Below, piece after piece: positions 1 to 9,000 of a stretch of 38,238 nt of DNA; the first letter of the stretch is position 1; every line of letters begins with the position of its first letter. The translations under genes and the position numbers were made by a program. Origin of the DNA: a virus (Duplodnaviria > Caudoviricetes); IMG/VR virus record IMGVR_UViG_3300020280_000008, positions 1 to 38,238 of that record; one strand, given 5' to 3'. The notes under the pieces were generated by a model. That model was given only the letters and a program-made list of their open reading frames with translations. It was not told the origin of the DNA and made no database searches.

Positions 1-1
1 A

Positions 2-3000
2 TTCACTGAAAGAATTCAGGAGACTAGAATTGTTGGTCCTCTATCAGATATTCGTTCTATTGAGAGTATCAAGTGTACCGATTCCTCTCCTGCAGGAACC
101 ATTACAGTTGAAATTACAACTAAGGTAAATCACGGATACTTTAAGAACCAGTTTATCGCTATTGAAGGTAACGGTTTAGATGATCAACTCAATGGTACTT
201 TCCCTATTAGTGAGATTGATCTTGTAGATGCTAGAAAGTTCAGATATCAAATTGGCGGAACAGTATCTACTCTTGGTACTAGTACCAGTCTTGTTAGCGG
301 AACTACTTATACCTCTCAGAATGGATTAAGTGCAAACGCGGTAGTTAAAGCGGAAGTTGACTCTGTTGAATCCGCATCTCCGTATGTCTTTAACTGCTCT
401 ATCCGCTCTACCTGGGGTATTTGCGGAATCTGGGCAAATGGTTTGAAGGCGACTGGATTTAAATCCATGGTTATCGCGCAGTATACGGGTGTATCACTGC
501 AGAAAGATGACAGAGCATTTATCCGTTATGATGAATACTCTAACACCTTTAACCAAGCATCGCTAACTGATGCATTTGCAACAGTTCCTTATCACACCAA
601 AGGTGATGCATATTGGAAGGATGACTGGAGAAACTTCCACGTTAGAGCATCAGAAGATGCATTCATTCAGAACGTTTCTATCTTCGCTGTTGGTTTCGCT
701 GATCACTTCCTAATGGAAAGTGGTGGTGACATGTCTATCACCAACTCTAACTCCAACTTTGGTAACACCTCACTGCACGCAATCGGTTTCAAAGGATTTG
801 CGTTCAATCAGGATAAGGGTGGATATATTACTGACATCGTTCCACCAAAAACTATTCCTGAGACTACAGGAAATACCAAGAAGAATGCCTACTACACCAT
901 TGATATCAAGGCATCAAATGATGGTAATAATCATTCAAAAATATACTACGGAGATAACGAGGCATTTGATCCTGCAAAAAGACCAGCAGCGTCTATTGAA
1001 GGATTCCGTATCGGTGCTAGAAGTGACGAGAAATTATACGTTAAACTAACACCTAGAAGTGCTGGCGCAGATAATATTTACAATGCAACTCTAACTCCAA
1101 ATGGATTTAAGAGTTTCACTGCTAGTGCATCAATCCTCAATCCTAGCAACTTGGTTTTAAACAACAGAAACCTTGATGCTGCTGATAGAATTGAAGAGAA
1201 TAAGAATTTTATTGCATATGAAGCATATGGATACATTACAGCAAAGTATCCAAGTCTTCTAATCAAATCTGGTATTACTATTGAGAAATGTCGTCGTGAT
1301 ATTGGTTATCTGATTGACGCTACGGTACAAGATCTAAGACTGGGTGGTAACATCAATACGATTCAGGCAGCTGAATCATATTATGTTGGTAATAACCTCT
1401 CTTATATTATTGGAGAACTATCTGAGACTTTAGAAGGTTACAACTACGCTAGAGACTTGGCAATCGCAGCAATGAGAAACTATTCTTATCTGCGTCAAGG
1501 AGCAACAACAACTGCATCCTCTTCTATTGTCAACGTTGGCGATACCTCTGGAATCGTTCAGGGTATGGTTGTTGCAGATTATGATCCTTCGCAGTTTACT
1601 GATGGTAAACTAAACTCTGGTGCAACACGTCCAGCATCTCCTGCAATCCCCGATAATACTTTCGTCAAGCGTGTTATTGACGCAACTACCATTGAGTTGG
1701 GTCAGAAAGCAACATTTAGTGAGAAGAAAGTTGTATCTGATCGTTTCGGTGATGCAAGAGATTTAATGCTTGCTAACAAAGCATTTATTGCTGCTGAAGC
1801 ATATGACCGTATGGTCCTTGACTTCCCTGGTTTTGTTACTCCTACAGGCAATTCACAGGACTGCATTGATGATATTGTTGATGTTATTGAAGCAGTTGCA
1901 GAAAACACCGCTTTCGGTGGTAATGCTGAAACATTTGATGCGGCATACTTATATGAGACTGGAGCACATGTTTCGGGAGAAGAAGCAGAAACTGTCAAGG
2001 CATTTACATATGCACGTGACATGTGTATTCAGGTCATGCGTAATGAGGATGTATTTGTATTTGGCACGCATGGTTTAACTCAGACCAAAGATACATCTAT
2101 CACTTATGTTGCACCTGAGCTAGTTGCTGATCGTAATGGTGATGCTCGTGACCTTATCTTGGCAAACAAGAATCTCATTGCTAATGAAGCAGTTGAGAGA
2201 ATGCTTCAGAAGTATCCTACATTTACTGTTGCTGGTGGTAACCAAAACTGTATTGATGACGTTGTAGATCTCCTAGAAGCAGTTGCTGATAACGTTGCAT
2301 ATGGTGGTAACGATAAGACTTGGGATGCAGCATACTCGTATGTAAAGGGTGCTCACGTTGCTGGCGAAGAGACTGAGACACTATATGTCTTTGAGCAAGC
2401 GAAAGAAATGGCTGCTCAAGTGATGAGAAACCAGAAGATTCTCTCTATGGGATCTCATGGTCTATCACAGACATTTGATAGCAGTATTACATATGATCTT
2501 CCTGATCCTGTCATTGATCGTAATGGTGACGCACGCAATCTGATCGTAGCAAATAAAACTCTTATTGCTAATGAAGCATATGCAAGAATGCTTGCACAAA
2601 ATGCTGGATTTGTGCCACCTACAGGAAATGCACAAGATTGTATTGATGACATCCTAGATTTTGTTGAGGAAATTTCTTATAACGTTGCTTTCGGTGGCAA
2701 TGACAGAACTTGGGATATGTCAAATCTCTATGTCACTGGCGCTCATGTTGCTGGCGAAGAGACTCAAACAGTCCAAGCATTTGATTATGCTAGAGACCTG
2801 ATGGTTCAGGCAATGAGAAATGAGGTTATCCTTCCTGTAGGATCTCATGGTCTCACCCAGTCATTTGATAATACTATTACTGTCAATGCACCAACTCCAA
2901 CTGACAATAAGTCAGCTGATGCTAAGAATCTAATTCTTGCAAACAAAACTTTCATTGCTGAAATTGCATATGGAAGAATGCAAACTCAGTATCCTTCCTT

Positions 3001-6000
3001 CACTGTACCTACTGGTAACTCGCAGGATTGCATTGATGATATCATTGACATGATTGAGGTTGTTGCATACAACCTAGCATTTGGTGGTAATGATCGCACT
3101 TGGGACGCTGCAAATCTATATGCAACTGGTGCTCATGTTGCAGGTGAAGAAGCGCAGACAATCACTGCGTTTACTGAAGCAAAGGACATAATGATTGAGG
3201 TTATGAGAAATGAGGCAGTCACCGTTGGTGGTCACACTGCTCTAACTCAGTCATTTGATAATACTATTACTGCTGACACTCAGACACCTCTATGTCCCGC
3301 TCAGGAGTCAACAATCAACACCTTGGTTACTATTCTAACCAACACGATTACATCTGCTCCTCTTCTATACAATGTAACTCGTACATTCTCTAACGGATCT
3401 TGTAACGATGTACGTTCTTCTATTGAGACATTAACTGCTATTGCAACTAATGCAGTAACATCTCCTGGATCTCTTGCATCTGTTACTAGAACAGTTTCTG
3501 TAGGATCATGTGAGGACGTAAGATCTACAATCAATACTCTATTCAAGATTGTTGAGGATGCTGTTGCAACTCCTACAACCTTGTCTTCAGTCCTTAGAAC
3601 TGTATCTAATGGTTCATGTCAGAATGTTGCTTCTGCAATTACCACGTTGTTCCAGATTGTAAACAATACAATCTTGAACCCTGGTTATCTTCAGAGCGTT
3701 GATAGAGTTGAGTCGCCACTTGGACTATCATTCGGTCCATCTGTTAATGCTAATGCATCAACAACTAATTCCTATCTGTATTTCACACTAACTTCTGGTG
3801 TATATACCAGTCAGTTCTCACCAACCACTGACGAGACTATTACTCAGCATACTTCTTATCCTGAGTGCGCTGATCAAGCAACTGCTATTCGTCAGTTCTT
3901 CACTAATATCTCCACTATTATTCAGACTGGACTTAACTCTGTTCCTAGGGTTGAACCATCTCAGTTGACTACAGAACTCGCTTCTAGAGCAACTGTATGG
4001 ACTTTACGCACTGGTCAGGGATCTAACCCACATAACCTGGAAACTGGTACACCTGTAAGACTTGTACCACGTCCTCGTTACGATAGTGTAACCAACTCTT
4101 ATGTTGATGTTGACAAGAGAAAGATCAGACTACCAAATGGTTTTGAAACAAATGAACTATACTATGTAATTGCTCCTGCAAGAAAGACAAAACCAGAACC
4201 ATACGAAGGTACTTCTATCTTTAATGGTAGTGATCAAACTAAGATCATGCTCGCAAGCAGCAAAGAGAATGCTGCAGCAGGTATCTATATCCACTCTGCT
4301 GAAGTAGATGGTATTGATCCTGATATTGAGATTGATATCTATCAGTTTGTATTAGATGATCGTTTTGATCTCCACCAGTACTCTTGTGTATTGGAAGTTA
4401 ATACCAACAACAGAATTCGTACCGATGTACCTCACATCTTTGATGTTCCATTCGCTGATATCTCTGGTCATAAAGTATTCTTCAGACCAAATGAAGGCGG
4501 TAGTGTTCCTCTCGTAGGTGCAAACTATGCAGGCGATCCTAACGTTGCAGATTCTAATGGTAGACTAAGAGGAGACAAGTTCTTCTGGGCAAGATATCAA
4601 ACTGAGAAGAACTTTACCATCCACACCACAAAAGCGGATGCTATTGCTGATATCAATGCAATTACATTCCAGTCTGGAGTATATGACTTCTCGGTATTTG
4701 CAGACAAGCGTGAATCTCCTGTAAGATTTGATCCATCATATCAGAACCCAGGCACAACACCTACCATCTATGGTAAGTGGTATATGCAGGTTGAGGATCA
4801 TTCCTCTAATCCTCAGGATCCACAATACTCAATGAATATCCTCACTAGATTGCATGAGAATGCATATAGTGATCAGTCTGGTCAGGATAAAACAAATGAT
4901 ACGTGGTTTGAGAGAATCAAGGACGAGAGAGATAAGGAAGATCGTATCTATCGTCTACGTTATGTCATCCCTGATTATCTACAGGCAGTTCGTGATCCTA
5001 TTAATGGATTCTCTATCAAGATCCGTAAGGACGAAACGAGAAAACTACTACCACAAAAACTTGTACTTAAGCCTGTAACTGGTTCTGTAACTAAGGCAAG
5101 ATTCTTTAACCCTGTACAAGCAAGTGAAGTTATTGGTTTCACCAAGCAAGACTTCATTACTAATAGTCTTAATGAGGAAGTTGCATACGATCCTTATAAG
5201 AGAGATGTAGTTGGTACTACTCAATACGCTAAGAAGATTGAGACCACAAACTATGTCTCCATGACTATTCAGTCTGGTAGATACTTCACTGAGCAAAGTA
5301 GTGGTGATGAACTCCTAGAACTAACGGTATTTGATCTAGGTATTGAGAACACTGCACTATTCAATGAGACTTTTACTACGGTTAAGATTACTGCACCTCA
5401 GGGTGGATCATTCGTAGCAGACAAGACTCAATCTAATGCTTCAAATAGAATTGAGTGGTTCGGTAACAGCTCTGGATATGGATATATTCATGCAGTTCTA
5501 AATGTTCCTGGAACAAGTGAGTGGCACCTAATCCTTAAAGGAACATTTGGTGACATTGACTACTCTGAGTTTGAAAACATTAGATTTGCTCAAGGTTCTA
5601 CCTTTGCAGATCTAGAAACAGATCAAGACTTTGGTAAGTCACTCGTAATCAAGGATCTTATCCGTAAGGAGTATCCTGAGTATTACTATAAGGAGAAAGG
5701 TTCTGCAGTATACACCATTACTCCTGGTGATATCGTCACTGACGATGATAATGTTCAGTTCTATGTCGCATCTGTAGAAGACACAGGTGAGATTGATGAC
5801 ACTTTCTACATCTTTGATGTTGAGGAGATTCAACGCCGTATCTATGGTCAGCAAGATGGTATCTACTATCTAACTGCAGTTCGTGGTAACATCTCACCAT
5901 TCCCAACTGGTGCTGGTAACCAGGGTAACTTCCGTAACTTTAAGTTCTCCCAACCAATCAGCAAACTATATCCACTCAACTACAAGAACGATCCTCTCTG

Positions 6001-9000
6001 GTTCAAGCAACTAGATGTAACTGAAGTAGACGTACCTGCAACGTATTCTGCTGCAGATAACTATACTCACGGTCTTGTTAGAGTTAACGACTTCAAGGGT
6101 TCAATGACCCGTGAGATGGCATTAGACTTTATTAGTCAGGATGCACTCAGCTCTAAGACTTATACTCAAGTAAGTTCTACCGAAGATAATAGACTAAGAG
6201 CACAAAAAGGAAATGCTGCTTCTGGTTCTGAGGATCGTAAGATTCCAATCGTTGGTGACAGTAAAGTCATGGCGGATCAGAGACTCTACGTTGAATTACG
6301 TAGACCATCTATCGCTCGTGCTGGTAACCATACGTTTGAATATCTTGGTTTCGGTCCTGGTAACTACTCCACTGGTTTACCTGCTAGACAGGAGATTGTT
6401 CTCACCCCAACTCAAGACTTCTATGCACAGTCTAAGAAGCAAGATGGTGGTCTCGTATTCTACACTGGTCTAAACTCTAATGGTGACCTATACATTGGTA
6501 ACCGTAAGATTGATGCTATCACTGGTGAAGAGGAGTTCCTTGAGTCTGCTGCTCTAGTTGATTCTGCTGATGACGCGGATGCAATTGATACTCTTGTCAC
6601 TACGTTTGATACCCCAGTAACATTCAATGAGAATATCGTTGTTAATGGTGGTGATGCACAGGATCTAATCAGTACATTTAACTCTCCTGTTACTATCAAT
6701 GTTCTTGGTAGAGTTAGAGAGTATGCACTCAGAATTCTGTCTAACGTATCACCTAGCTCTGGTGATGATGCTACACTTGACACCACTCAACAGTTCCTTA
6801 ATCAGGATACTCAGGGTAACATTGTTATTGCTAGAAACAGAGTTGCTGCTTCTATTTTCCAATTCAACCCACGTGGATCAAATGGTCAGGCACAAGGATA
6901 TAAGATCCAGAACCATGTAGTTGGAAACCAAGGATCTAATGTTACACCTAACCAGAGTGCTCTCTACTCTACAGGATTAGGAACATCTATTGATGCTACT
7001 CAGAATGTCCTCTATGGAAGCAATGCACCATTGTCTGGTGATATGCTTCTTAAGGGCAGTGAGGTAGGTTCAAGTGGTTCCCGTGGTTGGATCTATGCAA
7101 ACTTCTTTGAAGATGTTCCTGCTGCTAATATCCTTCACTTTACGATGGATGGTAGCACTGTTATCACTATCACATGGGGTAATAACCTATCAAACCAGCA
7201 GGTTGGTATTAGTAGCGGATCACAAATTAGAATCAGTAACTACAGCGATTCTGGATTCAATGGTTTATGGCAAGTCATTGGTAACGGATTTACTCCTACT
7301 GCTAATACATGTCAGATTGCTCTTGCTCAGAACAGAGCAAATGTTTCTAATGATAACCCACGACTATGGAGCACTGAAGTTGCACTTGGAAACGGTGCAA
7401 GACTAGAGTTCTCTAATTCTAACTGGAAGGAATTTGGTGTTATCGGTTCTGAATCTATCAGAACTAATACTGATGACATCGGTCAATATAAGATGGGTAT
7501 CAACACCATCGCACGTGCTCCACACTCAGCATATGAAAATGCATTTGTTAGTGTTGAAACTGATCCACGTGCAAACCTTGACGTTGTTGGTAATGCATTT
7601 ATCAGCGGTAGAATTGTTGATGACTATCTAGATCATAATAATTTTGCTGCTAGAAATAAGCAAGACATTGACAATGCATTCTTGGTTGGTGGTAACAGCG
7701 GATCACCTGACAATGAGGCAGTCTTCCGTGTTGCGACTACAAATGGTGGTCGTGTTGGTATTAACGTTGACAACTCTCAACTTGATAGAGCACTAGTTGT
7801 TGACGGTACATCTAGATTTACTGATGATGCTCGCTTTGAGCATGACATTGAAGTTAATGGTGATGACGGTGTAACTGCTGAGATTAGAACATCTCAGACA
7901 TCTGGTACGTTTAATCTAGTTACAGATTCTACTTTCACTGGTACACTCAACGTTGGTAACAGTGTAAGTGATCTAAACGTTCTCAACACCAGTACAGATA
8001 AGCAAAGACTCTACATTGGGAATGCATCTACTGAAAGTTATGTCTGGTTCGGAAATACTCCAGATACCAGCAGTAACATTTCTAAGATTACTATTGGTGG
8101 TGCATATGATAATAACGAATCATTATCATTTACTCTAATTGGTAGTAAGTCATTCAAGACCGCTGGAGACTTCCAGTTAGGTACTAGAAGAGGTCTTACT
8201 GACATCGTTAAGTTATCATCAACCGCAGGAACGGTAGAATTTTTCGCTGGTAACTCTGCTACATCTAAACTTGACTTTGCTACTAATGCTTCTGACATCA
8301 CAATCGGTGGTCAGGGTGGTGATACTAGAGTTAGAAATAACCTAATTGTTGATTCTACTGCTAGATTTAATTCTGATGTTACACTATGTGGTGGATATGC
8401 ATCATACTCTTTCGTAGCAGACAGAGCACAAATTGGTTCTGGTAGAATTTCACACACCAGTGGTGTTCTAGGAAATAACTTATTCAATTCCAACGTTGAT
8501 ATTATTTCTGTTGCTAGAGTTGCTACAACTGATGTAAGATACAACGCTGTAGATACTTCTGGTAGTGGTGATTGGGGTGGTTCTGTATATCAGAATCAAA
8601 TTACTACGATTGGTGGTACTCCAATTGTTGAACCTCAAGTTCTTCCTGTACTAACTGGTAATCAATATTACTTACCAATTAAGAATAAACCAGTTGATCT
8701 TTCTGGTGCTCAGTATTTTGAAGAGAATGATATTCTACTCATTGATACAGATTCATCTGGTGGTACTAAGCATCCAGAATTTGTTAGAGTAGTTTCTCTA
8801 CCAAGAATTAATGTCGCTCCATTCTTCCTAGTTGTTGAGAGACTACCATTTGGTACTTTCACTGCAATTAGAAGTGATCATAATGACACTGCAGCAATCT
8901 ATAAGTGTAACGTTCAGTTTAATTCCACTTGGATTACAACTGATCTTGATAATACTGGAAATGAAGAAAACATTTATCTTGCACAGTTTGGTGGCACTAT

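Noticed and set aside
443-445. TTG start of the giant ORF given in the ORF track
   Set aside because: The frame is open and protein-like from nt 2; the real start lies upstream of the window.
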